Notes: generated from the letters alone by a model not told the origin. DNA of 64,000 nucleotides from a virus (IMGVR_UViG_3300038393_001386:901-64900), one strand, 5' to 3'. Shown: positions 1 to 10,777, counted from the stretch's first letter. Made by a program: numbers and translations.

Positions 1-253
1 GGTGCAGCAGGAATCGCTGCTGGTATCGAAGACTGCCGCCGATGCCGAAGCGCAGCGCCGGCTCAACTGCTGGCAGGTGCAGCGCACCGTGTACGGATTT
101 TCCGGCAAGCCGAACCTGTTCAACCTGACGCTCGGCCAGCCGGTCACGCTCACGCACTGGCGCTTCGGGCTGGATGCCGGCAAAACCGGCATCGTCACCG
201 CGCTCACGCTCGACTGGCTGGCCGCCACCATCAAGGTGGAGGTCTTGGTATGA
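1..253 (+). CDS. Tail tip/hub protein, C-terminal fragment (probable continuation of 62420->64000)
   Basis: Open frame from the window edge; ends in a typical tail-protein C-terminus (LTLGQPVTLTHWRFGLDAGKTGIV...); stop overlaps the next ATG. Confidence 0.75.
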   Translation, partial: VQQESLLVSKTAADAEAQRRLNCWQVQRTVYGFSGKPNLFNLTLGQPVTLTHWRFGLDAGKTGIVTALTLDWLAATIKVEVLV

Positions 254-1740
254 GCGCGATTGTCAACGAGCGCGACCGCATCCTGCAAAGTGCTTCGCAG
301 CGGATCGCCGAAACGCAGATGACGCCTGGCGTGGTGGTGCAGCAGGAACAGGTCGAAGGGCTGGAGCTGGTCGATTCCAAGCTGGTGGTCTTGAGCGCAT
401 CGAGCCAGATTTTCCGCATCCCGAAGGATGTCAACGGCCAGCCGCAGCCGGTGTCGCCTGACGTGATTTCCTTCACGCCGACCATCAAGGGCTTGCCGCA
501 GGAGCCGGTGTTCTCGGTCTCGTCCGGCAATGCGAAGCTGAGCTATGCCAACGGCGGCGCGCTGCTGAACTACACCGACATGCTGACCGATACCGCGACG
601 GTCAAGTGTTCGGTGTCGGATGTCACCACCGCGTATTACGACCAGATCACGGTCGCGAAGGTGCGCGAGGGAGCCGATGCGCTGACCGGCCTGCTGTCGA
701 ACGAGGCGCACACGGTGTCAGCGGACAGCCTGGGCAACGTGCTGTCCTACAGCGGCGCGGGCGGCAATTTCGTCGTGTACCAGGGCGCAACCGATGTCAC
801 GTCGGCCTGCACCTTCTCGGTGGTCAAGGCCACCGCTGGTGTCAACACCACGATCAACACGCAGGGCGCGTATGCGGTGACAGCCATCGCGCAAGGCACC
901 GACACCATTGTCGTCACCTACCGCGCCACGTTCGGCTCCTCGACGGTGGACAAGGATTTCACCGTCAGCAAGGCCAAGCAGGGCAATCCCGGCGGCGGCA
1001 CGCCGGGACAGCGCGGCTCGATGACCTTCCATATCACGATTTCCGGCACCGTGTGGGATAACACTGCCGCCGACAATGCGGTGGTGTCGCAGGTCGGCAG
1101 CAAGGTCTTGAATGACGTGGTTGAGGAAACCAACCAGAGTGCGCAATTCACCGAGTCGCGCTTCTGGGATGGCAGCAACTGGGACAAGATCACCGCCTTT
1201 GTCAATGGCAACCTGCTGGTCGATGGCACGGTCGGCGCGCAAAAGGTTGCCGCCAATGCGATCACCGGCGACAAGCTGGCGGTGGGCGCGATCACTGCCG
1301 ACAGCGCGGCGGTCGATAGCCTGAATGCGTCGAAGCTGACGGCGGGATTCATCAATGCGCAGCGCATTGCCGCCGACACCATCACGACCAACATGATCCT
1401 GAGCAAATCCTGCACCGCGTTCGATACCTTCGTGCGCGGCGCGGGCAATGGCACGCAATCCTTTTCCTTCACGATGGACCACAGCGGGGTCGCCACTGCC
1501 ATTGGCATCGTCAACTATTCGTTTTCCGGCTCCAGTGGCAATTTCTCCTTTTCGCTCGATATCGATGGCCAGCAAACGACTGCCGTCGATACCAGCAGCG
1601 GCGTCGTGTACTCGCTGTCCGGCATGAGCGGACTGCCGCTGTCAGCAGGCACGCACACGGTCAACCTGAAGGGCACGACTTCTCTGCCGCTGCAGAGCAA
1701 TCACGGCTTCTACGTCACCATTCTGCGGAGCTACCGATGA
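250..1740 (+). CDS. Tail fibre/host-specificity protein
   Basis: 496 aa; AITGDKLAVGAITAD-type repeats, Ig-like stretches, position in tail module. Confidence 0.7.
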   Translation: MSAIVNERDRILQSASQRIAETQMTPGVVVQQEQVEGLELVDSKLVVLSASSQIFRIPKDVNGQPQPVSPDVISFTPTIKGLPQEPVFSVSSGNAKLSYANGGALLNYTDMLTDTATVKCSVSDVTTAYYDQITVAKVREGADALTGLLSNEAHTVSADSLGNVLSYSGAGGNFVVYQGATDVTSACTFSVVKATAGVNTTINTQGAYAVTAIAQGTDTIVVTYRATFGSSTVDKDFTVSKAKQGNPGGGTPGQRGSMTFHITISGTVWDNTAADNAVVSQVGSKVLNDVVEETNQSAQFTESRFWDGSNWDKITAFVNGNLLVDGTVGAQKVAANAITGDKLAVGAITADSAAVDSLNASKLTAGFINAQRIAADTITTNMILSKSCTAFDTFVRGAGNGTQSFSFTMDHSGVATAIGIVNYSFSGSSGNFSFSLDIDGQQTTAVDTSSGVVYSLSGMSGLPLSAGTHTVNLKGTTSLPLQSNHGFYVTILRSYR

Positions 1741-2147
1741 TCTATTTTTTCAATAGCCGGGGCGAATGCATCCAGAAGTGGGATGCGCACGGCGGCGACG
1801 CGATCACGCTGCAGCCGCTGATTCGTCGCCATTACCTCGACATGAAAGACCTCGGCTGCTCCTATCACGCCTGGTCTCCGCTCGACGCGCCGATGGAGGA
1901 TTGGTGCTGGTATCAGGGGCGCATGCAGCCACGGCTCAACCCGCACGCCACGCTTGAGGTCAACGAGTCCACGCGCACGCTGACGCTGACCAAGCTGCCC
2001 ATCGGCGGCGACTTGCTGATCAATGGCACGCGCTATCCGATCACCGATGACAGCGTGCAGATCACGCTGACCTATGGCGGCACCGTGTCGCTGCGCGTGC
2101 AGGCGGTGCCCTACCGCGATGCCCATTTCGATTTCCAGGTGCCGTGA
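1737..2147 (+). CDS. Tail-associated hypothetical protein
   Basis: 136 aa ORF translationally coupled to its neighbours. Confidence 0.6.
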   Translation: MIYFFNSRGECIQKWDAHGGDAITLQPLIRRHYLDMKDLGCSYHAWSPLDAPMEDWCWYQGRMQPRLNPHATLEVNESTRTLTLTKLPIGGDLLINGTRYPITDDSVQITLTYGGTVSLRVQAVPYRDAHFDFQVP

Positions 2148-2407
2148 TGCAAACCATTGTCTATACCGAATCGTACCGCACGCGCCGCGCCGCCGACTAC
2201 CCGGATATCGGCGACCAGCTCGATGAACTGTGGCGGCTATTGGCCGCGCATCCGGCGATCGCCAATGCCGTTGCCAACAGCCCGGTGTTCCAGTCGATCC
2301 AGTCGGTGAAAGCGAAATACCCGGTGCCGTCGGCGGGCACCCCGATTGCCAATGGCCCGTCGCCGAAAGCGCCGCCGCCGCCGCTTGTCCGCAAGATCAG
2401 AAAGTAA
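2147..2407 (+). CDS. Small tail fibre-associated protein
   Basis: RRAADYPDIGDQLDELW motif typical of small phage tail proteins. Confidence 0.6.
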   Translation: MQTIVYTESYRTRRAADYPDIGDQLDELWRLLAAHPAIANAVANSPVFQSIQSVKAKYPVPSAGTPIANGPSPKAPPPPLVRKIRK

Positions 2408-2410
2408 ATC

Positions 2411-3259
2411 ATGGCCAATAACCTGCGCATCGTCACCGACAACGCCGCCGACCGCGCGACGATTGCTGCGTCCACCACGGCGGGATCGCTGACCACCGCG
2501 AACCTGAAGACCGATATCAAGAGCGAAGTCTGGCGCGCTACCGGCACGTCGGCCACGCTGACGCTGACCTGGACCAATGCCGAGACGGTCGGTTGCGTTG
2601 TCTGCGCGTTCGCCAACTTCACCAGCCTGGCCACCATGCGCGCCAGGGGCTACGCGAACGTGGCCGATGTGGTGGGCACCGCCACCACCTTGTTCGATAC
2701 CGCCGCCATTCAATGCTGCCCGCCCACGCCGCTCGGCCTATGGGACTGGGGCAATGTGCCGCTCGGCGTGAATGCGTATGCGTTCGGCGGCTTCGTCTAT
2801 GGCGTGGTGTGGCCGACTGCCGCGAATATCCGAAAACTCGTGATCGACATCGCCGATTCCACCAACAGCAATGGCTATGTCGAAGTCGGGCGCATCGTAT
2901 GCGGCCCGTACTGGTCGCCCGCCATCAACGCCGAATACGGCGCGCAAGCGGTGCCGATCGACAGCTCCACGCACCAGCGAACCGATGCCGGCGACCTGTT
3001 CACCAATCGCGGCTTCCGCAGCAAGGCGCTGTCCTTTGACATGGGGTCGATGACGGCGGCGGATCGCATCCGGGTATGGGACATCTTTGTCACCAACGGC
3101 AAGACCCGTCCGCTGTTCCTCTCGCTGTCGCCGCAAAACAATGACGACCCGACCTTGGAGCAGCAAAACCAGGTGTACGGCAAGTTGAACGACACGTCCG
3201 CCGTGGCGTTTAAAACGCTCGGCGTGTTCGCCACCAAGATCGATATCGAGGAAGTGTGA
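2411..3259 (+). CDS. Minor tail protein
   Basis: 282 aa; YVEVGRIVCGPYWSPAINAEYG...STHQRTDAG motif of siphovirus minor tail proteins. Confidence 0.7.
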   Translation: MANNLRIVTDNAADRATIAASTTAGSLTTANLKTDIKSEVWRATGTSATLTLTWTNAETVGCVVCAFANFTSLATMRARGYANVADVVGTATTLFDTAAIQCCPPTPLGLWDWGNVPLGVNAYAFGGFVYGVVWPTAANIRKLVIDIADSTNSNGYVEVGRIVCGPYWSPAINAEYGAQAVPIDSSTHQRTDAGDLFTNRGFRSKALSFDMGSMTAADRIRVWDIFVTNGKTRPLFLSLSPQNNDDPTLEQQNQVYGKLNDTSAVAFKTLGVFATKIDIEEV

Positions 3260-3933
3260 TGAGCAACCGTTTTTATGTGAAGCAGCCAGATTACATCCAG
3301 CAGTTGAACCTGCTGGACGACCAGGTGCAGGCGGGCGCGACCGGCTCGGTATCGGCTGGCTGCACGTCGTTCAACGGCAGGACGGGGCCGATCACGCTGG
3401 TATCGGGTGATGTCACTGGCGCGCTCGGTTATACGCCGTATAACGGCACCACCAACCCGAATGGCTATGTGACCAGCGGGGCGATCGGTTCCTATGCGCC
3501 ACTGGAGTCACCGGCGTTCACTGGCACGCCGACCGCGCCGACTGTCACCTATGGCGGCTGGAATACGCAAGTCATGAATGCGGCCTCGGTCAAGGAAGCG
3601 ATCGTCAAGGGCGCGGGCGTGTCCACGGTCGCGTTTTCGGCGACGCCGAACTTCGCCGCCGCCAGCGATCATGCCTTTTTCATGACGCTGACCGGCAATG
3701 TGACGGGAGCCACGCTTGCCACTGGCACAAACGGGCAAACGCTGCGGCTGTTTCTGCAACAGGATGCCACGGGCAACCGCACCTTTTCCTTTGCCGCCAA
3801 CCAGGTCTTGATCGGCACCGCCGGACCATCGCTCTCGCTGGTCGGCACGGCCAACAGTATCACGATCGTCGGGTTGATCTACCTGACAGCCGTTTCGCGC
3901 TGGCTCGTGGTCTCGGTGTCGGGAGGGTTCTGA
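3259..3933 (+). CDS. Short tail fibre-like protein
   Basis: SFNGRTG and SPAFTGTPTAPT fibre motifs; C-terminal LQQDATGNRT domain. Confidence 0.65.
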   Translation: MSNRFYVKQPDYIQQLNLLDDQVQAGATGSVSAGCTSFNGRTGPITLVSGDVTGALGYTPYNGTTNPNGYVTSGAIGSYAPLESPAFTGTPTAPTVTYGGWNTQVMNAASVKEAIVKGAGVSTVAFSATPNFAAASDHAFFMTLTGNVTGATLATGTNGQTLRLFLQQDATGNRTFSFAANQVLIGTAGPSLSLVGTANSITIVGLIYLTAVSRWLVVSVSGGF

Positions 3934-3934
3934 C

Positions 3935-6900
3935 ATGGCCTTTGTCAGCCAGGGGCAGTGGGCGAACAGCCAGAACAAGACCGCCGGCACCACGCTCGTG
4001 TTCAATGCGAACGCGACTGCGCCGGTCGGCTCGTTCATCGTGCTGGTCATCGCCAAGGACAATGCGGCCACGGCAAACGGGCAAACCAGCGAAGTCACCG
4101 GCATCTCGAGCAATACCGGCAACACCTGGACCAAGGCGCAGGAGTACACGCAGGCGCAAGGCAGCGCTGGCGCGGGCGCAACCTGCGCGGTCTGGTTTTG
4201 CAACGTCACCACGCAGATCGCCAACGGCGCATCGTTCACCATCAACTTCGCGCAATCGATCACCGCGAAAACCTGCTCGGCCTGGCTGTACACGATGGAC
4301 AGCAACATGGTCGGCGCGGTCGCTTCCACGGCAGTGCTCGGCAATGCGGGCGCTGATCCGGGATCGATGGCGATTTCCGGCCTGGCCTCGGCCAATTACC
4401 TGTTCGTGCGCGGCATCGCGCTCGAATACAGTTCGTTCGACATGATCGAAACCAGCGGCTTTACGCCGTTCGGCACCGATTGCACGTCGGGCGGGACCAC
4501 CGATACCAACATGTCGGTCGCCGGCGAATGGAAAATCGCCACGGCGACCGGCGCGACTTCCGACCCGACCCTGTCGGCGGTCGATAATGCGTCGGTGTTC
4601 GTCGCGTTCAAGATGAACAGCACCGGCGGTTCCACGCCGCCGCCATCTTCCTCGACCAAAATCCTGTCGATCGCTCCACCGACGCCAGGGTCCGGCCAAT
4701 ACATCCAGGCCTTGGTGAAATCGGCGCGCAGCTTTTCCGGCGATATCCATTACCAGGGCCGGATCGTCACCGCGCGCCAGACCCGCACCAGCGGCGGCGA
4801 TTTCTATGAAGTGGCGTCGCCGATCTGGCACTTGAACGCGTTCCAGTCCTATAACACCATCAATATCTTCACCAATGGCTGGGAACTGAACCGCTTTTCC
4901 TCCGGCAATGCCACGCAACTGGCGAAAGGCGATGGCAGCTATCCGATCGGCCAATGGGTCGATTTCGACATCACGCAGACCGGCAACAATATCGTCGTCA
5001 AGCTGAACGGCTTCACCGTCGCCGATATCAACGACCCGAATGCGTACACTGCCGGCGCGGTCGGCATGATCGTGCAGGATGCCGAAGGCCAGCTCGACAA
5101 TATCGCCTATCCGTTCGCCGATGATTTCGAGAGCTACGCCGAGCAATCGCTGGCTGACAAGGCCACGATCGGCAACTGGACCATCGATTACCTCAACGGC
5201 GGCAGCGCTGCCATCAAGACCGTCAGCACGTCCGGCACGTCTTCCACGCCGAACGCTTCCGTGATGGATATCTACGGCAGCGATTTCGTGTGGGGCACCA
5301 CCAGCGGCTCCGCCGGCGGGCGCACTGCGCCGACCACCGCCAACCACCTGTATGTCGCGACCAATGGCTCCGACAGCAACGCCGGCACGCAAGCCGCGCC
5401 ATTCCTCACCATCGGCAAGGCGGCGTCGGTCGCGCAGCCGAACACCACGATCCATATCGCCGATGGCACCTATGCCATCACCAATCTGTCCACCACTTGC
5501 TCCGGCACGTCTTCCGGCTACATCTATTTTTGGGCCACCAACAAGTGGGGGCCGAAACTGGTGCCGACTGGCACCGGCGTGTCCGGCATCGCCTGGAATG
5601 TCGGCGGCAACTACAACTGGGTCGATGGCATCGAGATCGATGGCCAGAGCAAGGCGAACTGGGATATCGGCTTCTGGATCGATGGCAGCAACGTGGTGAT
5701 CAAGTATGCGCATACGCACCATATCGGCATGGCCAATGGCTGTACCGCCAATGGCGGCGGCGGCATTTGCGCGTCCGGTTTTTCCGGGCAAGGCTTTCAA
5801 GACGTGCTCAATTGCGTGTCGCACCATATCGGCCCCGGCGCAATCGGCTCGTGCGCGGCGTTTCATGGCTATTACATGCAGGGCCACGACTGGACGCTGA
5901 AGAACTGCATCGCGCACAACTGCACCGGCAACGGCATCAACAGCCACCATGACTCGATTCGCGGCAAGATCATCAACAATACGATCTTCCGCACCGGGCG
6001 CGGCATCATCTGCTCGGCGGACCAGTTCTACAACATCACGCAGGGCGGCTCCTACACGATTGAAAACAATATCGTGTATGACAACAACCCGGATGGCTCC
6101 AACTATACCGGCGGCATCGGCATCGCCGGCACCACCGACAGCAACAGCGTCATCAACAACAACTATGTCGGCGGCAACCAGGGGCAGGCGATCCTGATTA
6201 CCTCGGCGCAGGGCACCGCGTCCAACAATATCACCACCGGCCTGCCGGGGTTCGTCAGCTATGCCATCGATGGCACCGGCAATTATCACTTGGCGGCCGG
6301 CTCGCAATGCATCGACTTTGGCTTGCCCGACTATGTCAATAGCGACGACCTCGATGGAGCCACCCGCATCGTCGGCGCGAAACCCGACCTCGGCGTGTAT
6401 GAATACGGCGCGGCAGCGCCATCCGGCCAGCCGGCCAATCCGACCTGGCCCGCCACGTTCGACGCCGACCTGACCGCCTACACCGTGCGCAACGAGGGCG
6501 TGCAAAACAATGACACCACCAAGGCGCTGAATGGCTCGGATGGCGTGCATCCCGCCTGGAGCCAGCAAATGTCGAAGACGACCGCCGGCATCATCGGCCT
6601 GATGTTCGGCTATGAAGAAGCCAAGGCGGGCACCTCGGCCACCACGTTCAAGAACAACCTGCAGCAAATGATCAACGGGGCCAAGTCTTACGGCAAGACC
6701 GTGATCCTGTTCACCGAGCACAAGGTCAATATCAATACGTCGGCCTACAACCAGGCGATCGTGGACCTTGGATCGAGCAACAGCCTGCAAGTGATCGATA
6801 TCTTTACCTGGTCGAACAGCCATTTCACCGGCGCGCTCACCGATTGGCTGCCGGATGGCGTCTATCCGAAGCAGACCACCTATAACGATATCGGCCATTA

Positions 6901-9900
6901 CGCTTCCAGCCAGATATCGTCCACGGCACCGTCCGGCGGCGGCACCGGCACGGTGAGTCCGGTCGGGCAAAACGCAACCGACTGGGTGCTGACGTTCCAG
7001 GATGAGTTCGACGGCACCGCGATGGACTTCACGCGCTGGAATGATGGCATCTGGTTCCGCCGCGCTCCCGGCACCAAGGTCAATTACGCGGTGCAGAACG
7101 GTTCGCTGTTCATCTATCCGCTGCAGGACCAGGCGTCCGCCGACAAGATCGGCATGGACCCGGCCTCGAATGGCTATTACGAGCGCGACTTCGCCACCGA
7201 TGGCAAGTTTTCGCAGACGTATGGCTACTTCGAGGCGGAAATCAAGATGCCGACCGGGCGCGGCCTGTTTCCCGCCTTCTGGCTGTTCAACCATGACACC
7301 GATCCGCTCGACACCGAGATCGATATCATGGAAGCCTATCCGGGCGGCTATGACAACAACCAGGCGGCATTCAACTGGGCCAGTTCGCAACTGCACGCGA
7401 TCGATTACATCTTCACGGTGTGGAACGATACCGGCGACGACCGCGCCGGCTACATGAGGATGGCGGGCGGCACCAACAGCCGCTTCCCGACCAAGGACTT
7501 ATCGACTACCTACAACGTATTTGGCGTGAAGTGGGATTCGTCCGGCATCACGCCGTACTTCAACGGCCAGGCGCTCGGCGTATATAACGAGTCGGCCAAC
7601 GTGTATGCCGATACGCTGGTGTCGCCGTCGCTGAACACCAATAACTTCGCGTCGCGCCCGATGTACTTCGTGCTGAGCCTGTGGCTCGGGCGCGCGGTTG
7701 GCAATGAATCGCCGTGGCCGAACACGTCGGAAACGCCGCAAGGCATCGGCAATCCGATGGAAGTGCGCTATGTGCGCGCCTGGCGCTTCCAGGCCGGTTC
7801 CGGCGGCGGCTCGCAAAGCGGGCCGGCAATGGCGAACCAGTACCATACCGGCCTGCACTCGCACCGCTCTTGGGGCGGCGGTTCGCCCAACCCGTCCTTC
7901 AAGTTCGGCTTGTTCCGCGACTGGGATTGCGACGGCACCGCCGACATGTATATCTGGAAATCCGATAACACGATCGACTTTTCGCGCGTCGATACGGTGT
8001 ACCAGGCAGTCGTCAACCAGGGTGGCAAGGTGATCAAGAACTTCGGCTCGGTGCCGACCTGGGCGGCGCGCGTGAAAACGGTCTCCGATGTCAACGACTT
8101 TTCGCTGCAGGGCAGCTCGCGCTATGGCGTGGTCGGGTCGATGTCGGGGCCGGCGGACCTGGATGCGTATGAGGATTACTGCTTCCGCTTCATCACGCAC
8201 ACGAAAAACTGGCTGTTCGCGGTCGAAGGCTGGAACGAGCCATTCGATACCGATGACCAGTCGCCGTATGAATACTTCACCGGCACCAAGACGCAACTGG
8301 CCGATATCCAGCAGCGGCTGTACCGCGCCGCCAAGCGCGTCGATCCGAACCTGCCGGTGTTCTCACCGCCGAATGCCTGGGAAACCGGCATTCGCGACGT
8401 GATCCTGACCGCGCACTGCTCGGATGGCACGCCAATGTACAACTACTATGACGTGCTCGGCTGCCATCCGTATGACTACAGCGCGGCAGGCGAGGGCGGC
8501 ATGCAATTGCTGTCGGACCTGGTGAACAACATGCGGAGCTGGATGAACGACGCCGGCACCAACAAGCCGATCGCCGACACCGAGCATGGCTTTTTCCACG
8601 ATTTGCATCCTGGCGGTTCCTATTTCTGCGACAGCAGCCAGGATGTGAAGGCGCAAATCCTGTATGACCTGAACCAGAAAGCCAAGCAGCTTGGTCTGGT
8701 CACGATCTGCTTTTACAGCTTTGATGACGGGCTGGTCGAAGGCAACGCCGATTTCTCGCCTGGCACGCCGTGCGCGACCAAGATGCAGCAGGCGTATGAC
8801 GACTTCGACACCAAGAGTTACCCATGGCCAGTGGTGTCGTCTTCCGCGCCGCCCCCGACCGGCGGCAGCGGGGGCGGCGGCAGCACGACCGGCCCCGGCG
8901 ACATGCCGTATGGCCGTCCCGCGTCCGAATTCGGCAAGATGACGTTCCGCGATGAATTCGACCTGTCCACGCTGAATGCGAATGCTTGGACCACGCACAT
9001 CTGGTATCAGGGCGAGCAGGGCGTGCCGTATGACATCGCCAATTCGTGCCTGCGCATCTATCCCGATTCCTCGTTCGTGGACCGGCACATCACGACCGAT
9101 TCCAAGTTCGAGCAAAAGTACGGGTACTGGGAATGGAAGGCAAAGCTGCCGATCGGCAAAGGCGTGTGGCCGGCGCTCTGGCTGTATTACCACAACGACA
9201 GCGCAGCGGCTCCGGTGCGCCGCGAAGTCGATGTGATGGAAGCCTATCCGGGCGGCGGGCCGAATTCCGGCTGGTCCGATTCCAGCCTGCACCCGACCAA
9301 CTTCGCGGCCACGCTGCACGAGGCGAATGCCGATTACAGCTCGGATGTGGTGCCGTTCACCGAAAAGCTGTCCGATTCCGGGCTGGCCACCACCGACCTG
9401 TCGGCGCAGTTCCACTATTACGGCGTGAAGATCACGCAAAGCCGCGTCGAATTTTATTTCGATGGCCAACTGCTGGGCGGCTGGGACAACGATGGCGTGT
9501 TCACGGTATTCCAGTACATCATCATGAGCCTGCAGTTCGGCTCCGCGTCCGGCACGCCGGATGGCACCACGCCGCTGGGCACCAGCAATGCGTTCCAGAT
9601 CGATTATGTGCGGGTATGGGCGCTGGCCGATGGCAGCACGCAAGTCAATACGCAATTGCCTGCGCCAGACAATGGCTCTGGCTCGACCACCACGCGCACC
9701 GCGACCCTGTCGAAGACGCTGCGGGCGATGACGCTGTCCTCGGCTGGCACGTCCGGCTCGGCGGGCGGTGCGGCGCGCATCGGCAACCTGTCGATCACGC
9801 TCGGCCCGCTGACGCTCGACGCCGGCAGCCAGGTGCCGCAAGCAAGGAATGCGGTCTTGAACAAGACGCTGCGCGATATGACGCTCGCGTCCACGGCAAC

Positions 9901-9973
9901 CAATGCTGCTGGCGGCGGCGGCGGTGGCGGCGGTGGTGCCGGCAGCGATGACGATGCCTTCCTCATTTTCTGA
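3935..9973 (+). CDS. 2012-aa multidomain carbohydrate-active virion protein (beta-sandwich, pectate-lyase-like beta-helix, SGNH-like, GH16, clan GH-A TIM barrel, second GH16)
   Basis: YVATNGSDSNAGT..APFLTI beta-helix start; GH16 motifs EIDIME (~7316) and EVDVME (~9225); WNEP (~8232) and DTEHG (~8576) of clan GH-A; Ser/Gly/Pro linkers. Confidence 0.8.
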   Translation: MAFVSQGQWANSQNKTAGTTLVFNANATAPVGSFIVLVIAKDNAATANGQTSEVTGISSNTGNTWTKAQEYTQAQGSAGAGATCAVWFCNVTTQIANGASFTINFAQSITAKTCSAWLYTMDSNMVGAVASTAVLGNAGADPGSMAISGLASANYLFVRGIALEYSSFDMIETSGFTPFGTDCTSGGTTDTNMSVAGEWKIATATGATSDPTLSAVDNASVFVAFKMNSTGGSTPPPSSSTKILSIAPPTPGSGQYIQALVKSARSFSGDIHYQGRIVTARQTRTSGGDFYEVASPIWHLNAFQSYNTINIFTNGWELNRFSSGNATQLAKGDGSYPIGQWVDFDITQTGNNIVVKLNGFTVADINDPNAYTAGAVGMIVQDAEGQLDNIAYPFADDFESYAEQSLADKATIGNWTIDYLNGGSAAIKTVSTSGTSSTPNASVMDIYGSDFVWGTTSGSAGGRTAPTTANHLYVATNGSDSNAGTQAAPFLTIGKAASVAQPNTTIHIADGTYAITNLSTTCSGTSSGYIYFWATNKWGPKLVPTGTGVSGIAWNVGGNYNWVDGIEIDGQSKANWDIGFWIDGSNVVIKYAHTHHIGMANGCTANGGGGICASGFSGQGFQDVLNCVSHHIGPGAIGSCAAFHGYYMQGHDWTLKNCIAHNCTGNGINSHHDSIRGKIINNTIFRTGRGIICSADQFYNITQGGSYTIENNIVYDNNPDGSNYTGGIGIAGTTDSNSVINNNYVGGNQGQAILITSAQGTASNNITTGLPGFVSYAIDGTGNYHLAAGSQCIDFGLPDYVNSDDLDGATRIVGAKPDLGVYEYGAAAPSGQPANPTWPATFDADLTAYTVRNEGVQNNDTTKALNGSDGVHPAWSQQMSKTTAGIIGLMFGYEEAKAGTSATTFKNNLQQMINGAKSYGKTVILFTEHKVNINTSAYNQAIVDLGSSNSLQVIDIFTWSNSHFTGALTDWLPDGVYPKQTTYNDIGHYASSQISSTAPSGGGTGTVSPVGQNATDWVLTFQDEFDGTAMDFTRWNDGIWFRRAPGTKVNYAVQNGSLFIYPLQDQASADKIGMDPASNGYYERDFATDGKFSQTYGYFEAEIKMPTGRGLFPAFWLFNHDTDPLDTEIDIMEAYPGGYDNNQAAFNWASSQLHAIDYIFTVWNDTGDDRAGYMRMAGGTNSRFPTKDLSTTYNVFGVKWDSSGITPYFNGQALGVYNESANVYADTLVSPSLNTNNFASRPMYFVLSLWLGRAVGNESPWPNTSETPQGIGNPMEVRYVRAWRFQAGSGGGSQSGPAMANQYHTGLHSHRSWGGGSPNPSFKFGLFRDWDCDGTADMYIWKSDNTIDFSRVDTVYQAVVNQGGKVIKNFGSVPTWAARVKTVSDVNDFSLQGSSRYGVVGSMSGPADLDAYEDYCFRFITHTKNWLFAVEGWNEPFDTDDQSPYEYFTGTKTQLADIQQRLYRAAKRVDPNLPVFSPPNAWETGIRDVILTAHCSDGTPMYNYYDVLGCHPYDYSAAGEGGMQLLSDLVNNMRSWMNDAGTNKPIADTEHGFFHDLHPGGSYFCDSSQDVKAQILYDLNQKAKQLGLVTICFYSFDDGLVEGNADFSPGTPCATKMQQAYDDFDTKSYPWPVVSSSAPPPTGGSGGGGSTTGPGDMPYGRPASEFGKMTFRDEFDLSTLNANAWTTHIWYQGEQGVPYDIANSCLRIYPDSSFVDRHITTDSKFEQKYGYWEWKAKLPIGKGVWPALWLYYHNDSAAAPVRREVDVMEAYPGGGPNSGWSDSSLHPTNFAATLHEANADYSSDVVPFTEKLSDSGLATTDLSAQFHYYGVKITQSRVEFYFDGQLLGGWDNDGVFTVFQYIIMSLQFGSASGTPDGTTPLGTSNAFQIDYVRVWALADGSTQVNTQLPAPDNGSGSTTTRTATLSKTLRAMTLSSAGTSGSAGGAARIGNLSITLGPLTLDAGSQVPQARNAVLNKTLRDMTLASTATNAAGGGGGGGGGAGSDDDAFLIF

Positions 9974-9989
9974 TTACGAAAGGAATCCC

Positions 9990-10211
9990 ATGGACCTGGA
10001 ACAACGACTCGACCGGCTGGAGCAGGCCATGGCGGAACACATTGAATTGTGTGCGCAGCAAAAGAAGGACATCGCGGAATTGACGCAACTGCTGCACGAC
10101 GTGAAAGGTACGATCCGCGTCGGCAGCGCCGTCAAGTCGCTGATCGGCTGGGCCTGCTCGATCGGCGTGGCGATCGCCGGACTGTACTGGGCGGTGAAGG
10201 GAAAAGGATGA
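9990..10211 (+). CDS. Holin-like protein (one C-terminal TM)
   Basis: 73 aa; AAGGA RBS; coiled N-terminus plus one TM; directly upstream of endolysin. Confidence 0.6.
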   Translation: MDLEQRLDRLEQAMAEHIELCAQQKKDIAELTQLLHDVKGTIRVGSAVKSLIGWACSIGVAIAGLYWAVKGKG

Positions 10212-10777
10212 AAACCTTAAGCACCGACGACTACCTGCGCGCCGCCGCCAGGCTGAAGGTCGATGTCGCGACGCTGCTGGCGGTGTGCCGGGTGGAGTCG
10301 CGCGGCAAGGGATTCAACCCGGATGGCTCGCCGGTGATCCTGTTTGAAGGGCATGTTTTCTTCCGCTATACCAAAGGATCGTTCACCGAAACGCATCCCG
10401 ACCTGTGCTACCGGCAGTGGACCCGCAAGTATTACGGCAAGACTTGGCAGGAAGAACAGGACCGTTTTACCCGCGCGCTGCGGCTTGACCCGGTCGCGGC
10501 CTTGATGAGCACGAGCTGGGGCTTGTTCCAGCTCATGGGCTTCAACTATGCGCTGTGCGGCTATCGGCAGGTGTGGGACTTTGCCGATGCGATGCGCGAC
10601 AGCGAAGGAAAGCAATTGGACGCCTTTGTCGGGTATGTGATCCATACCGGGCTGGACGGGCCGCTGCGCCAAAAGCGCTGGGCCGACTTTGCCGTTAAAT
10701 ACAACGGCGCGAATTTCAGGGCCAACCAGTACGACACCAAGTTGGCGCTGGAGTATGAGAAAGCGAGCACGGCATGA
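10208..10777 (+). CDS. Endolysin, N-acetylmuramidase (DUF3380-like)
   Basis: VESRGKGF...PVILFEGHVF, STSWGLFQLMGFN, WADFAVKYNG motifs. Confidence 0.9.
   Translation: MKTLSTDDYLRAAARLKVDVATLLAVCRVESRGKGFNPDGSPVILFEGHVFFRYTKGSFTETHPDLCYRQWTRKYYGKTWQEEQDRFTRALRLDPVAALMSTSWGLFQLMGFNYALCGYRQVWDFADAMRDSEGKQLDAFVGYVIHTGLDGPLRQKRWADFAVKYNGANFRANQYDTKLALEYEKASTA

Noticed and set aside
3860-7396. 1178-aa minus-strand ORF
   Set aside because: Antisense shadow of the GC-rich, codon-biased glycanase gene; no motifs.
250-9973. Diversity-generating retroelement acting on the tail fibres
   Set aside because: No reverse transcriptase and no TR/VR repeat pair seen.
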